Shown piece after piece: positions 18,873 to 29,121 of a stretch of 64,000 bases of DNA (positions are counted from its first letter, which is position 1; each line of letters begins with the position of its first letter). A program made the translations under genes and the position numbers. The stretch is from Thiohalocapsa sp. (lineage in GTDB: Bacteria; Pseudomonadota; Gammaproteobacteria; Chromatiales; Chromatiaceae): positions 1,586 through 65,585 of the forward strand of contig NZ_JAJDNQ010000064.1 of the NCBI RefSeq assembly GCF_022340605.1, read 5' to 3'. The notes beneath the pieces were generated by a model. It did not search any database, was not told the DNA's origin, and was given only the letters and a program-made list of their open reading frames with translations.

Positions 18873-20105
18873 TCATTGTGGGCCGCGCGCGAGCCACGGC
18901 AACGGATTCAACGGCGTGCCGTTGCGGCGAAGCGCGAAGTATAGCCGGCCCTCGTCGCCATCGCCGCCATGGCCCACTATATCGGGCCCGGATACACTGC
19001 CGGAAAGGGCAACCACATCGTCTGGGTCCACCCACTCGCCGACCTCCTTCAACAACGCCTGGTTGTGGCCATACAGCGACATGTAGCCGTCGCCGTGGTC
19101 GATGACCAGCAGCAGGCCGAACCCGCGCAGCCAGTCCGCGTAGACCACCTGGCCGTGGTGCACCGGGAATACCTCGCTGCCGGGCGGCGCGGCGAACAGG
19201 ACACCATCGGCATGCAGGTCGCCGGGACGGGCACTGCCGACAAAGCGCTTGACGATGCGCGCGTGCGTGATAGGCCACGGCAGCTTGCCCCGGCGACTCG
19301 TGATGCTCTCCTGGGTGACCGCGATCTCGTTGGCGATGCGCGCGCGTTGGCGCAGTTGCTCCACCAGCTTGCGCAGGGCCGTGGCGTTGGCGTCCAGCTC
19401 GGCGACACGCTCGCGGTCGCCTGCGATAGCGGTGTCGAGATCCGCGAGCACGGCGCGCCGCGCGCCGAGTGCGGCCACCAGCGCCCCCCTGGTCTGGCGC
19501 TCCTGGGCGGCGAGCTTCGCCAGCCGCGCGGCCTCCTGCTCGGCCTTGAACCGCAGCCGGTCGAGATCGGCGGCCAAGCGCTCCACGTCGGCGACGCGCG
19601 CAGCCCGCAGCCGCGCAACCGCGCGAAAATAGCCGAGCTGGCGGCCGGCGCGGGCGGGGTCCTGCTGATTCAGCAGCAGGCGTAGGCGGTCGCCGGGTCC
19701 GGCAGCGTAGGCGGTGCGCAACAGCGCGGCCAGCACGTCGCGGGCGGCGCCCAGCTTCGATCGGGTCTGCTGCAGGCGGGCATCCAGCTCCGCAAGCAGT
19801 TGCTGCTGATCGGCATGCCGCTCTGCCAGGCGGTGGCCGGTGCGGGCCAGTTCTGCGATGTCCCGCTCGTTGCGCTCCAGCTCCTTATACAGCGCGTCCC
19901 GGTATGCCTCTCGGTCGGTGAGCCGGTCACGCAGTTCAGCGAGGCGTGCCTCGGTCGCATGCAGCTCGGCCTCCTGCACGTCCAAGGGCTGATCCCGGGC
20001 CGGCACCGCGTGTTGCGTCCCGGGCTCGGGCTCACCGGAAGCGAGCGCCTGGAACAGCAGCATGAGCACACAGAACACGATGCGCACAAGCCGCCGACTC
20101 GACAC
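18873..20105 (-). CDS. envC: Murein hydrolase activator EnvC (coiled coil + degenerate M23)
   Basis: Signal peptide, long coiled coil, GKLPWP, VVYADWLRGFGLLLVIDHGDGYMSLYGHNQ; GTG start approximate. Confidence 0.9.
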   Translation of the reverse strand: MSSRRLVRIVFCVLMLLFQALASGEPEPGTQHAVPARDQPLDVQEAELHATEARLAELRDRLTDREAYRDALYKELERNERDIAELARTGHRLAERHADQQQLLAELDARLQQTRSKLGAARDVLAALLRTAYAAGPGDRLRLLLNQQDPARAGRQLGYFRAVARLRAARVADVERLAADLDRLRFKAEQEAARLAKLAAQERQTRGALVAALGARRAVLADLDTAIAGDRERVAELDANATALRKLVEQLRQRARIANEIAVTQESITSRRGKLPWPITHARIVKRFVGSARPGDLHADGVLFAAPPGSEVFPVHHGQVVYADWLRGFGLLLVIDHGDGYMSLYGHNQALLKEVGEWVDPDDVVALSGSVSGPDIVGHGGDGDEGRLYFALRRNGTPLNPLPWLARGPQ

Positions 20106-20250
20106 GGCATCGGCGCCGCGTTGCCGTGCCGCGAAGCCGGGGAGGGGCAGAGGTCTTGGGGCAGGACCAGCGCGGAGCAAAATGCCGACCAGCTCGCTGC
20201 ACCAAAGGTCTATTATCGTATGATGATGAATTGATATAGAATCCGCGTCC

Positions 20251-20610
20251 ATGATGACCGATCTGCCATCTTCACCCATTCCGGTGCTGAACAGCGAGCG
20301 CAGCGCCGTCGAGCTGTTCGCCGATGACGCCGACATCGAGCGCGCGTCGCGCTCGCTGAAGGCGATGTCACACCCGCTGCGACTCAAGATCCTGTGTACC
20401 CTCGGCGCCGAGGAGGTGAGCGTACAGGATATTGTCGAGCACGTCGGCACCTCGCAAAGCAATATCTCGCAGCACTTGGCCATTCTGCGTGACAAGGGCA
20501 TCCTGGCCTCGCGCAAGGATGCCAACCGCGTCTACTACCGTGTCGGTGACGCCCGCACCCTGCAACTGATCGGCATGATGCGCGAAGTGTTCTGCCATCA
20601 GTCGCGCTGA
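20251..20610 (+). CDS. ArsR/SmtB family regulator, SqrR/BigR/YgaV-like
   Basis: LKAMSHPLRLKILC, SQSNISQHLAILR, C-terminal VFC; the two Cys positions are typical of persulfide sensors. Confidence 0.9.
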   Translation: MMTDLPSSPIPVLNSERSAVELFADDADIERASRSLKAMSHPLRLKILCTLGAEEVSVQDIVEHVGTSQSNISQHLAILRDKGILASRKDANRVYYRVGDARTLQLIGMMREVFCHQSR

Positions 20611-20759
20611 GCCAAACGGCCGAAGGGCGCCCCGAACTCCCGCCAGCCTCCGCACCGCGGGCGGCGCACGTGACGCCCCGGCGACACCTCTTTATACTCG
20701 CGCGTCGTTTCCGAGCGGGCGCACCGAGCCCGCGCGACAACCTCAAACCGGTTTCCGCA

Positions 20760-21185
20760 ATGCAGGCACAGATCTTCGAGTTCATGGGCAACCACTGGGT
20801 CCTGTTCATGGCCCTTGGGGTCATCCTCGGGTTGCTCACCTACAACCTGCTGGTGGGTGAGAAGGGCTCCATCGACCCGATGGGGGCAACAGCACTGATC
20901 AATCACAAAGACGCCACGGTTGTGGACGTCCGCCCGGCGGCCGACTTCGCGAAGGGGCACATTTTGCACGCCACCAACATCCCGATGAACGGCTTCAAGA
21001 ACCAAACCGCGGCGCTCGCGAAATTCAAGGACAAGCCCATCATCGTCACCTGCCGTTCCGGGGGGCAGTCCCAAGCGGCCTGCCACTTGCTGCGCAAGGC
21101 GGGCTTTCCGGAGGTCTACAACCTCAAAGGCGGCGTGCTCGCCTGGGAGAGCGCAGACCTGCCATTGACGCGCAAGAAGCGCTGA
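20760..21185 (+). CDS. Membrane-anchored rhodanese-like protein (YibN-like)
   Basis: N-terminal TM, VDVR...GHI...NIP, active-site loop CRSGGQS, LKGGVLAW. Confidence 0.92.
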   Translation: MQAQIFEFMGNHWVLFMALGVILGLLTYNLLVGEKGSIDPMGATALINHKDATVVDVRPAADFAKGHILHATNIPMNGFKNQTAALAKFKDKPIIVTCRSGGQSQAACHLLRKAGFPEVYNLKGGVLAWESADLPLTRKKR

Positions 21186-21285
21186 ACGCCATCTCGGCGG
21201 CACGGGCTCGGCCAGCGCCCACCCAGCGTCCACCGGCGCCCTGCAGGTGCCGCCCCGTCCGCAAGCAAACCCGGAGCAATGACTC

Positions 21286-21771
21286 ATGGCTGAAGAACCC
21301 AAGCCCCAAGGCGGCGGCGAACGCCAATTCGCGCTGCGGACCGTCTACCTGAAGGATCTGTCCTTCGAGTCGCCCAACGTCCCTGCAATCTTCCAGGGCG
21401 AATGGAAGCCCGAGACGGCGCTGCACCTCGACATCAAAGTCAACCAGCTGGATGAGCATAGCCACGAGGTCGTACTGACCGTCACCGTCACCGCCAAGGC
21501 GGGCGAGAAGACCGCCTACGTGGTCGAGGTACAGCAGGCGGGCATTGTCATGGCCCAGGGCTTCGAACAGCAGGAATACGGCCCACTGTTCTACGTTTAC
21601 TGCCCGAGCATTCTGTTCCCGTACGTGCGCCAGGCGGTGACGGACGTGGTGGCCAAGGGCGGTTTCCCGCAGCTGGTGCTCCAGCACATCAACTTCGACG
21701 CCATTTATGCCCAAAAGCTGGCCGAAAAGGCCGAGGGCAAGGATGGCGGCGAGCCAGCGACGACGCACTGA
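21286..21771 (+). CDS. secB: Protein-export chaperone SecB
   Basis: YLKDLSFESPN, EVQQAGI, CPSILFPYVR, GGFPQLVL..INFDAIY. Confidence 0.97.
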   Translation: MAEEPKPQGGGERQFALRTVYLKDLSFESPNVPAIFQGEWKPETALHLDIKVNQLDEHSHEVVLTVTVTAKAGEKTAYVVEVQQAGIVMAQGFEQQEYGPLFYVYCPSILFPYVRQAVTDVVAKGGFPQLVLQHINFDAIYAQKLAEKAEGKDGGEPATTH

Positions 21772-21796
21772 GGCCGGCCCTTTGGACGAGGATCAA

Positions 21797-22801
21797 GTGC
21801 GATCCGAGCGCATCGCTATCGTCGGCGCCGGCTCCTGGGGCACTGCCCTCGGCCTGCTGCTGTGCGGCAATGGCCATGAGGTTCGTCTTTGGGGCCACGA
21901 CCCGACCCACATCGCGGACCTGCTCGCGGCACGTGAGAACCGGGCGTTCCTGCCCGGCTTCCCGCTGCCGGCGTCCATGCTGCCGACGGCGGACCTCGCG
22001 GCCGCGCTGCATGATGCCACCGCCGTACTCGTGGTGGTGCCGAGCCAGTTCTTCGCACTGGTGTTGCGGCAAATGGCACCCGTACTGGCGCCGGGTCTTG
22101 GCGTCGCTTGGGCCACCAAGGGTTTCGACCCCGACAGCGGGCGGCTCCTGCACGAGGTGGCGGGCGACATCCTCGGCTCGCGTGACGTCGGCATTTTGTC
22201 GGGTCCCAGCTTCGCCGGGGAGGTGGCACGCGGGCTGCCCACGGCGGTGACGGTGGCCGCCTCGGCGCCGGGCTTTGCTGAGCGGCTCGCGGAGCTGGTG
22301 CGCGGTCCGCGCTTTCGCGCCTACACCCACGACGACATCATCGGCGTGCAGGTGGGCGGCGCGGCAAAGAACGTGATCGCCATCGCCACCGGCATCGCCG
22401 ACGGTCTCGGCTTCGGCGCCAATACCCGCGCCGCGCTCATCACGCGCGGACTTGCGGAGGTTATTCGGCTTGGCGAGGCACTGGGTGCAAGGCGCGAAAC
22501 CTTTATGGGCCTGGCCGGTCTCGGCGACCTGGTATTGACCTGCACCGACAACCAATCCCGCAACCGCCGCCTCGGGCTGGCCTTGGCGGCGGGCCGCCCC
22601 GCGCAAGACGCCATGGCGGAGATCGGCCAGGAAGTCGAAGGCGTCGTGACAGCGCGGGCCGTGCACGCAATGGCCGCCAGGCTCGGTGTCGAGATGCCCA
22701 TCTCGACCGAGGTTCACGCCGTGCTCTACGCTGGCACCACGCCGGCCGAGGCCACCCAGCACCTGCTGGAGCGCGCGGGTCGATCGGAGCTCGACGAATA
22801 G
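21797..22801 (+). CDS. gpsA: NAD(P)H-dependent glycerol-3-phosphate dehydrogenase
   Basis: GAGSWGTAL, ATKG, SGPSFA, KNVIAIA, GLAGLGDLVLTCTDNQSRN. Confidence 0.97.
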   Translation: MRSERIAIVGAGSWGTALGLLLCGNGHEVRLWGHDPTHIADLLAARENRAFLPGFPLPASMLPTADLAAALHDATAVLVVVPSQFFALVLRQMAPVLAPGLGVAWATKGFDPDSGRLLHEVAGDILGSRDVGILSGPSFAGEVARGLPTAVTVAASAPGFAERLAELVRGPRFRAYTHDDIIGVQVGGAAKNVIAIATGIADGLGFGANTRAALITRGLAEVIRLGEALGARRETFMGLAGLGDLVLTCTDNQSRNRRLGLALAAGRPAQDAMAEIGQEVEGVVTARAVHAMAARLGVEMPISTEVHAVLYAGTTPAEATQHLLERAGRSELDE

Positions 22802-22867
22802 TCAGGCTCCGGCGCTGACGATGGCGGGCGTCCTGCCCGACGCGATGTATGCCAAATCGGCATCGGC

Positions 22868-23347
22868 TCAGCTGGCGGCCCCTGTGGCAGCCCCTCGAAA
22901 ACCGCATTGCCGCCACGCCTCGTAGACCACCACGGCCACCGAATTGGAGAGATTGAGGCTGCGGCTGCCCGGGCGCATGGGCAGGCGCAGGCGGTGCTCC
23001 CGCGGCAAAGACGCCAGGATCTCCAGCGGCAGCCCTCGAGTTTCGGGGCCGAACAGCAGCGCATCGCCGGCAGCGTAAGTGCATTCGGCGTAGCAGTGCG
23101 ACGCGCGAGTGCTGAAGGCCAGCAGCCGCTGCCAGTTGACCGTGTTGCGGCAGGCCGCGAAGGACGCGTGCACCTGGACATCGGCATATTCCCGGTAGTC
23201 CAGCCCGGCGCGGCGCAGGCGCCGATCATCCAGCGTAAATCCCAGGGGCGCGACGAGATGGAGCCACGCACCGGTATTGGCGCACAGCCGGATCACGTTA
23301 CCGGTGTTGGGCGGGATCTCTGGCTGATAGAGGATGACGTGGAACAT
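22868..23347 (-). CDS. trmL: tRNA (cytidine(34)-2'-O)-methyltransferase
   Basis: [31 protein letters not shown]. Confidence 0.96.
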   Translation of the reverse strand: MFHVILYQPEIPPNTGNVIRLCANTGAWLHLVAPLGFTLDDRRLRRAGLDYREYADVQVHASFAACRNTVNWQRLLAFSTRASHCYAECTYAAGDALLFGPETRGLPLEILASLPREHRLRLPMRPGSRSLNLSNSVAVVVYEAWRQCGFRGAATGAAS

Positions 23348-23401
23348 GCGCTGACAGGAGGCGGGCGTCCTTGAGCGGCGGCGCGTGACTGCGGGTTGTC
23401 G

Positions 23402-23432
23402 TTGACGCGGTCTCGGAGAACCATGGTATATT
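23402..23432 (+). promoter_or_regulatory. Putative sigma70 promoter of the 74-aa gene
   Basis: TTGACG at 23402 and extended -10 TG-G-TATATT at 23424-23432 (spacer is long, 19 bp). Confidence 0.5.
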
Positions 23433-23533
23433 AATAGATCTGCATATTCCGGACCGGACAGCTACCGCGGCCGCAGCGCCTCGTCGCTGCCCGTCACGGC
23501 CTAACCAACCGAACACCCGATGGGGAGACGACC

Positions 23534-23758
23534 ATGAGCGACATCGAGGCCCTGAAGAAAGAAAAGCAGGAGCTGATCGACAAGATGCTGGAGATGCAGA
23601 AGGAGTTCATCGACTACGAGCACGAGCACGGCGTCAGCGGCAAGGACTACTGGGCCTCGAGCGAGGGCCTGCTCGCCAACTATCGCCAGGAGTACATGGA
23701 CATGGCGAACCGCGTGGTGGACATCGCTCACGAAATCGTCGGCTCGTCGCGGGTGTAA
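23534..23758 (+). CDS. Small acidic helical hypothetical protein (74 aa)
   Basis: GGGGAG RBS, strongly C/G-ending codons, own promoter and terminator. Confidence 0.85.
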   Translation: MSDIEALKKEKQELIDKMLEMQKEFIDYEHEHGVSGKDYWASSEGLLANYRQEYMDMANRVVDIAHEIVGSSRV

Positions 23759-23829
23759 CCCGACAGTCCCTCAGCCAGGCGACATCAGCGCCCATGCGCC
23801 CCTGACGAGGCGCCTGGCAATCATCGCAC

Positions 23830-23866
23830 AAGACCCCGCTGCGGCAGTGCCGCAGCGGGGTCTTTC
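23830..23866. terminator. Intrinsic terminator between convergent genes
   Basis: AAGACCCCGCTGCGGC-AGT-GCCGCAGCGGGGTCTT 16-bp perfect stem followed by T-rich bases. Confidence 0.85.
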
Positions 23867-23929
23867 GTTGTTACCGCCGTGAACCGGCGGAGATCTGCAC
23901 GGCGCAATGGCCGTGTAGACGCGCCACGC

Positions 23930-25306
23930 TCAGTGCAGGAGACCGGTCCAGCGCTCGCGGTATTCCTCCTCGAAGAAGAATTCTTGCTCGCCGAAGGCGG
24001 GCTTGAGCTCGTCCAACCAGGTGGCCTGCGGATCGAACTTGGCGAAGAAGGGCCGATTCGCCCAGTCCGGGTTGCGCGCCTGCAGGAAGCGGAGCGCGAA
24101 CACCGTCTCCCCGGCGACGTCGGCGACGCCCGTGATCTCGACCTTGCCCGGTCCGGCACTCATGCTCGGCCCGCGCGCGGTGCGTGCGAGGCCGGAAACC
24201 TGCTGGGCGGCCTCGCGGTAGATTTCCCACGCACGCACCAGCGGGACCTTGAAGTAGTGGTGTGCGCCCGTGTCGCGCTCGACGAACATATAGTACGGGA
24301 CGATGCCCAAGCGCACCTGCGTGCGCCACATCCGCGCCCAGTCGTCCGGCTCGTCGTTAATGTGGGCCAGCAGCGGTCCCTGGGTGCGGATCTGTGCACC
24401 GGTGGCGCGAATACGCTCCACGGCGCGCTCACAGACCTCCGTGTCCAGCTCGCGCCAATGATTGAAGTGCGCCATCACCGCCACGTGCTTGCCGGCGGCC
24501 ACGAGCCGCTCCAGCAGGCTGAGCAGTGCGTCACTGTCGGCGTCGCTGACGAAGCGATAGGGCCAGAAGGTGAGCGCCTTGGTGCCGATGCGGATGGTCT
24601 GGACATGGTCGAAGTCGCGGTGCAGCAAGGGCTCCAGGTAGGCCTCCATGTGCCGCGTCCTCATGACCATCGGATCGCCGCCGGTCACAAGCAGGTCGGT
24701 GACACAGCGCTGCTGGCGCAGATAGGCATGCAGACCCTGCGCTTCGTTGGTCGCCATGCGTAGTTCCTTGTCGCCGATGAACTGCGCCCACCGGAAGCAG
24801 AAGCTGCAATAGGCGTGACAGGTTTGCCCCTGGCTCGGGAAGAACAGCACCGTCTCGCGGTACTTGTGCTGGATGCCGGTGACGAGGTCGCCGTTCGGCA
24901 GGCGCGGAATGTTGAGCTCACGCTGACCGGCGGGATGCGGGTTCAGCTCATGGCGGATGCGGGCAACCGCGGCGTCGATCTCCGCCTTGTCGGCCTCGCG
25001 GCGCAGCAGGCGCGCGATCTCGGCATAGTGCGCCGGCGAAAGCATTTCGGCCTGCGGAAAAGTGAGCTGGAAGATCGGATCATCCGGTACCCTGGACCAG
25101 TCGATCAGCCGTTCGATGACATAGTCGTTGACTCGGAACGGCAACGCGGTGGATACCACCTTCATGGCGAAGCGCTGTTCCGCCGGCAGGTGGCGGACGG
25201 CCGTGATGCGGTCGAGGTCACGTTGGGTGTAGACGCGGAACGGCCGTACCTGTTCGGCCGTCGCAGAGTCCACCTCACCCGTCGGAAACAGGTTTGTTGC
25301 GGTCAT
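23930..25306 (-). CDS. KamA family radical SAM aminomutase (lysine 2,3-aminomutase-like)
   Basis: HKYRETVLFFP, CHAYCSFC, VTGGDPM, IRIGTK, AHFNH, PYYMFVERDTG, PGK; AGGAGG RBS. Confidence 0.9.
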   Translation of the reverse strand: MTATNLFPTGEVDSATAEQVRPFRVYTQRDLDRITAVRHLPAEQRFAMKVVSTALPFRVNDYVIERLIDWSRVPDDPIFQLTFPQAEMLSPAHYAEIARLLRREADKAEIDAAVARIRHELNPHPAGQRELNIPRLPNGDLVTGIQHKYRETVLFFPSQGQTCHAYCSFCFRWAQFIGDKELRMATNEAQGLHAYLRQQRCVTDLLVTGGDPMVMRTRHMEAYLEPLLHRDFDHVQTIRIGTKALTFWPYRFVSDADSDALLSLLERLVAAGKHVAVMAHFNHWRELDTEVCERAVERIRATGAQIRTQGPLLAHINDEPDDWARMWRTQVRLGIVPYYMFVERDTGAHHYFKVPLVRAWEIYREAAQQVSGLARTARGPSMSAGPGKVEITGVADVAGETVFALRFLQARNPDWANRPFFAKFDPQATWLDELKPAFGEQEFFFEEEYRERWTGLLH

Positions 25307-25691
25307 GGTCGTTGTTTCCCTCCTGCGGTTCGCGCCCCGAGGGGTGGCAAGCACCGGGACAGCGTTGTGTCCGCGCTCGCGTCGGTGGCGTCATGCGGTG
25401 AAGGACGGGTGGCCTCCAGTGGGGCCCCAGTGCACCGCGAGTCGTGGTGGCCCGCGCGCTGGCGGGTGGATTCAGGCAGGCAGTGTCGTCGTGTCGCGCG
25501 TCCGCCGGATCATGGTTTGGTGACGGCGCGCGGATAATCTTGTCGGAATCGGCCCATCAGCATAGCACAGGGCATGCGGGCTGCAACAGCGTAGGCGCCA
25601 GGCAGACCCGGCGCAGATGGTGAGACATCCGCTGGCCATGGAACGCGATCATGCCCGCCAGGAGCGCCATGTACCGCGCTCCATGGCTGCA

Positions 25692-26090
25692 TTACTCGTC
25701 GCGGATGTGGTGCTGGTACTTGGGCGTGTCGTGCATCTCGAGCCGGATCGCACGACCGCTTGCGATCAGCGGCGGCAGGTCACCTTGCAGCGTCAGCGCC
25801 AGACGGATGGCGCCGCGGCTCTCCAGCGGCAGCGGGATCATGTCTCGATAGGTGTAGATGTTGTCGTCGATGTCCCCGCCGGCGCAGGTGACCGGCGCGG
25901 CGGGGAGATCGCCCACGAGCTCGGGCGCGTCGAGCAGCAGGTCGCCAGCCTGCCACCAGAGCGTCTTTTCGGTGGAGCCGGTCATGGTCTTGACGATGAT
26001 GGCGCGGGAGAAATGGATGCGCAGGCGGTCCTGCGTCTGCTCGATGGCGCCGATCTCGGAGCCGGCGAGCTGGATACTGCTGCTGTCCAC
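25692..26090 (-). CDS. Hypothetical protein (132 aa) downstream of ntrC
   Basis: GTG start MDSSSIQLAGSEI, typical codon usage, globular beta-rich composition. Confidence 0.75.
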   Translation of the reverse strand: MDSSSIQLAGSEIGAIEQTQDRLRIHFSRAIIVKTMTGSTEKTLWWQAGDLLLDAPELVGDLPAAPVTCAGGDIDDNIYTYRDMIPLPLESRGAIRLALTLQGDLPPLIASGRAIRLEMHDTPKYQHHIRDE

Positions 26091-26217
26091 TGGATACACT
26101 CTCTGTTGATAACTGCCGGAATGCCCGGCAGCCGAACGTGCGCTTGCATGTCGATGCGGCACTGCCCGCATTCAATGTCTGGGCGCCGTGCCGTCCTCGG
26201 GCCGGACAGAGCACCAA

Positions 26218-27654
26218 TCAGGCCGCATCCTCGTCGTCCTCGCCCCCGGCGGTGGGGCCGAAGTCCATGTTCAGGTCCTTGATCTTGCGCGTGAGGGTGT
26301 TGCGGCCCCAACCCAGGAGTCGCGCGGCCTCCTGCCGGCGACCGCCGGTGTGCTCCAGGGCCACCTGGATCAGGATGCGCTCAAAGGCCGGCAGAGCCGA
26401 TTCCAGAATCGCGCCGTCGCCCTGACGCAGACGTCGCCGCGTCCAGGCGCGAAGTGCAGTTTCCCACTGCTCGTCGTCTGCGGCCTGGCCACCAGTGTCA
26501 CAGAGATCCGGTGGCAAGTCGTTGACACGTATCTCCTTGGTGGAGGCCATCACGGTCAACCAGCGGGCCGTGTTCTCCAGCTGGCGGACGTTGCCTGGCC
26601 AATCGAGTCGCTCCAGGTGGGCGAGGGCATCCGGCGCGATGCTCTTGGGCTCGCAACCGAGCTCGTGTGCGGCCTGGGTCAGGAAATGCCGCATCAGCAG
26701 CCCGATGTCCTCACGCCGCTCGCGCAGCGGCGGGAGGTGAATGCGAATGACGTTGAGCCGGTGGAACAAATCCTCCCGGAAGCGCCCCTGCCGCACGTGA
26801 TCCTGGAGGTTCTGGTGGGTCGCCGCGATGATGCGCACGTCCACCTTGATGGGCGAGAGCCCACCGACCCGATAGAACTCGCCATCCGCGAGCACGCGCA
26901 GCAGGCGCGTCTGCAGCTCTGCCGGCATGTCGCCGATCTCGTCCAAGAACAGGGTGCCGCCGTCCGCCTGCTCGAAGCGCCCCTCCCGCCGAGTCTGCGC
27001 TCCGGTGAAGGCGCCACGCTCGTGGCCGAACAGCTCGGATTCCATCAGATCGCGCGGAATCGCGGCCATATTGAGGGCGATGAATGGCGCTGCGGAGCGC
27101 GGACTGTGGCGGTGCAGGGCGCGCGCCACCAGTTCCTTGCCGGTGCCGGACTCGCCGTTGATGAGCACGGTGATGTTTGACCGCGCGAGGCGACCAATGG
27201 CCCGAAATACCTCTTGCATCGACGGCGCCTCGCCGATGATGTCCGGGCTGTTCTCCAAGGGCACGGCGCCGCCAGCCGCCTGTTCTTGCGCGCGGCAGGC
27301 GCGTCGTACCTGATCGACCGCCTCATCCAGGTCGAAAGGCTTGGGGAGATACTCGAAGGCACCGCCGTGGAAGGCCGACACCGCGCTGTCGAGGTCCGAG
27401 TGCGCGGTCATGATGATGACCGGCAGGCTCGGATAGCGTGCGTTGACCTGCCGCAGCAGGTCGAGACCGTCGATGCCCGGCATGCGGATGTCGGACAGGA
27501 TCACATCAGGGCGCTCCCGATGCAGGGCGTCCATGATGCCGACGCCGTTGGAGAAGCAAGTCACGTGCATGTCCGCTTGGCGCAGGGCCCGTTCCAGCAC
27601 CCAGCGGATGGAGCGGTCGTCGTCGATGACCCAGACGCTCGGCACCTTACTCAT
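26218..27654 (-). CDS. ntrC: Nitrogen regulation response regulator NtrC
   Basis: Receiver [54 protein letters not shown]. Confidence 0.98.
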   Translation of the reverse strand: MSKVPSVWVIDDDRSIRWVLERALRQADMHVTCFSNGVGIMDALHRERPDVILSDIRMPGIDGLDLLRQVNARYPSLPVIIMTAHSDLDSAVSAFHGGAFEYLPKPFDLDEAVDQVRRACRAQEQAAGGAVPLENSPDIIGEAPSMQEVFRAIGRLARSNITVLINGESGTGKELVARALHRHSPRSAAPFIALNMAAIPRDLMESELFGHERGAFTGAQTRREGRFEQADGGTLFLDEIGDMPAELQTRLLRVLADGEFYRVGGLSPIKVDVRIIAATHQNLQDHVRQGRFREDLFHRLNVIRIHLPPLRERREDIGLLMRHFLTQAAHELGCEPKSIAPDALAHLERLDWPGNVRQLENTARWLTVMASTKEIRVNDLPPDLCDTGGQAADDEQWETALRAWTRRRLRQGDGAILESALPAFERILIQVALEHTGGRRQEAARLLGWGRNTLTRKIKDLNMDFGPTAGGEDDEDAA

Positions 27655-27662
27655 CGTTTGCC

Positions 27663-28745
27663 TCACTCATCGCCGGTCTCCAGCGGCAGGTAGACGAAGA
27701 AACGGGTGCAGCCCGGCCGGCTCTCGCACTCTATCAATCCCCCGTGCTGGTTGATTAACTCCTGCGCAATGGGCAGACCGAGGCCGGTGCCACCGGCACG
27801 GCCCGACACCATCGGGAAGAAGATTCGCTCCAAGAGCTTCTCTGGAATGCCCGGACCTGTATCCTCGATGTCGAGCCGCATGACGAGCCGATGCAGCTCG
27901 TTGCCGAGCGTAAACTGCCGCAGCACGCGGGTGCGAAAGGTCAGGGTGCCGGCGTCTCCGGCGGCATGCGCGCCGTTGCGGGCGATGTTGAGCAGGGCCT
28001 GGATGAGGCGGTCGGAGTCGGCTCGCAGATCCGGGATGCTCGGGTCGTAGTCACGCATGATGCGCGGACCACTCGGATATTCCGCGCTGAGCAACCCACG
28101 CACGTGCTCGAGCACGTGGTGGATGTTCACGTCGCGCAGCAAGGGAAGCTGGTTCGGCCCCAGCATCCGATTCAGCAGCCCCTGCAGCCGGTCTGCTTCG
28201 TCGATGATGATGCGGGTGTATTCGCGAAGCTCTTGGCTGGGCAGCTCGCGTTCGAGCAATTGCGCGGCGCCGCGCAGGCCGCCGAGGGGGTTCTTGATCT
28301 CGTGCGCCAGTCCGCGCAACAACGCCTGGGTTGCCTGGTGCTGGGAGATCAGGTGCTCTTCACGAGTGATGCGAATCTGGCGGTCGACTTGGTGCAACTC
28401 CATCAGGAGCTCGCCGGCCGACTCGAATTGGTGCACAGGCAGCACCGTGCAGTTCACGCGGATAAGCTCGCCATCGGGACGGCGCAGCTCGACCTCGCGC
28501 TCGGTGAAGGGCTGCCGGGTTACCAGGGACTCGCGCAGGCGCTCCTCGACCGGCTCCGCCGGGCAAGGCACCAAGCCGCCTGCGCTCTTGCCGAGAACGG
28601 CCTTCGCGCTCACCGCCAACAACAGCTCTCCGGCGGCATTGATGTAGCTCAAGCGGAGGTCCGCATCAAAAAGCAGGACCGCCGTGTTGAGATTGCCCAA
28701 GATCGAAGAGGCCAGTTCGTTGTTTCCTTTGGTCTTCTGCTTCAT
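27663..28745 (-). CDS. ntrB: Nitrogen regulation sensor kinase NtrB
   Basis: PAS domain, LAHEIKNPLGGLRGAAQLL, DYDPSIP, GTGLGL. Confidence 0.97.
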   Translation of the reverse strand: MKQKTKGNNELASSILGNLNTAVLLFDADLRLSYINAAGELLLAVSAKAVLGKSAGGLVPCPAEPVEERLRESLVTRQPFTEREVELRRPDGELIRVNCTVLPVHQFESAGELLMELHQVDRQIRITREEHLISQHQATQALLRGLAHEIKNPLGGLRGAAQLLERELPSQELREYTRIIIDEADRLQGLLNRMLGPNQLPLLRDVNIHHVLEHVRGLLSAEYPSGPRIMRDYDPSIPDLRADSDRLIQALLNIARNGAHAAGDAGTLTFRTRVLRQFTLGNELHRLVMRLDIEDTGPGIPEKLLERIFFPMVSGRAGGTGLGLPIAQELINQHGGLIECESRPGCTRFFVYLPLETGDE

Positions 28746-28985
28746 GGAGCTGACTCGATCCGCAGACGATCGCTAGTGGTCCGAGACCCGCGACGACGGA
28801 ATCACCGCATGGCCGGGGGCGCCGCGCCACGTGGCCAGCGGCCGCCGTCGGCGCGCGGTGCAACGGTTGTGCGGATTGACCTAAAGCAAGATCCGAACCA
28901 CCCGGTTGCGCGGTCGTTGCGACCAATCAAGCCGCGGCACGTCGGCGTTCGCATTTACGCATCGGGGGGTGAACCCGCCAAACTC

Positions 28986-29002
28986 CGCACTATCTTAGTG
29001 CA
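28986..29002. promoter_or_regulatory. NtrC-binding site upstream of ntrB
   Basis: CGCACTATCTTAGTGCA matches the GCAC-N7-GTGC consensus. Confidence 0.8.
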
Positions 29003-29121
29003 CTGTGCGCACTGGAAGCGCGCGCGACATCGACGGACGTAGACAACGGCCATCATTCAACGACGCCCGCTTTCGGTGCAGGAGGGCCTGAGACAAATTC
29101 ACCGCACGCCCAACGGTTCAA

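Noticed and set aside
23331-23346. parS-like half site at the trmL start
   Set aside because: Only one half matches and it is explained by the MFHV codons
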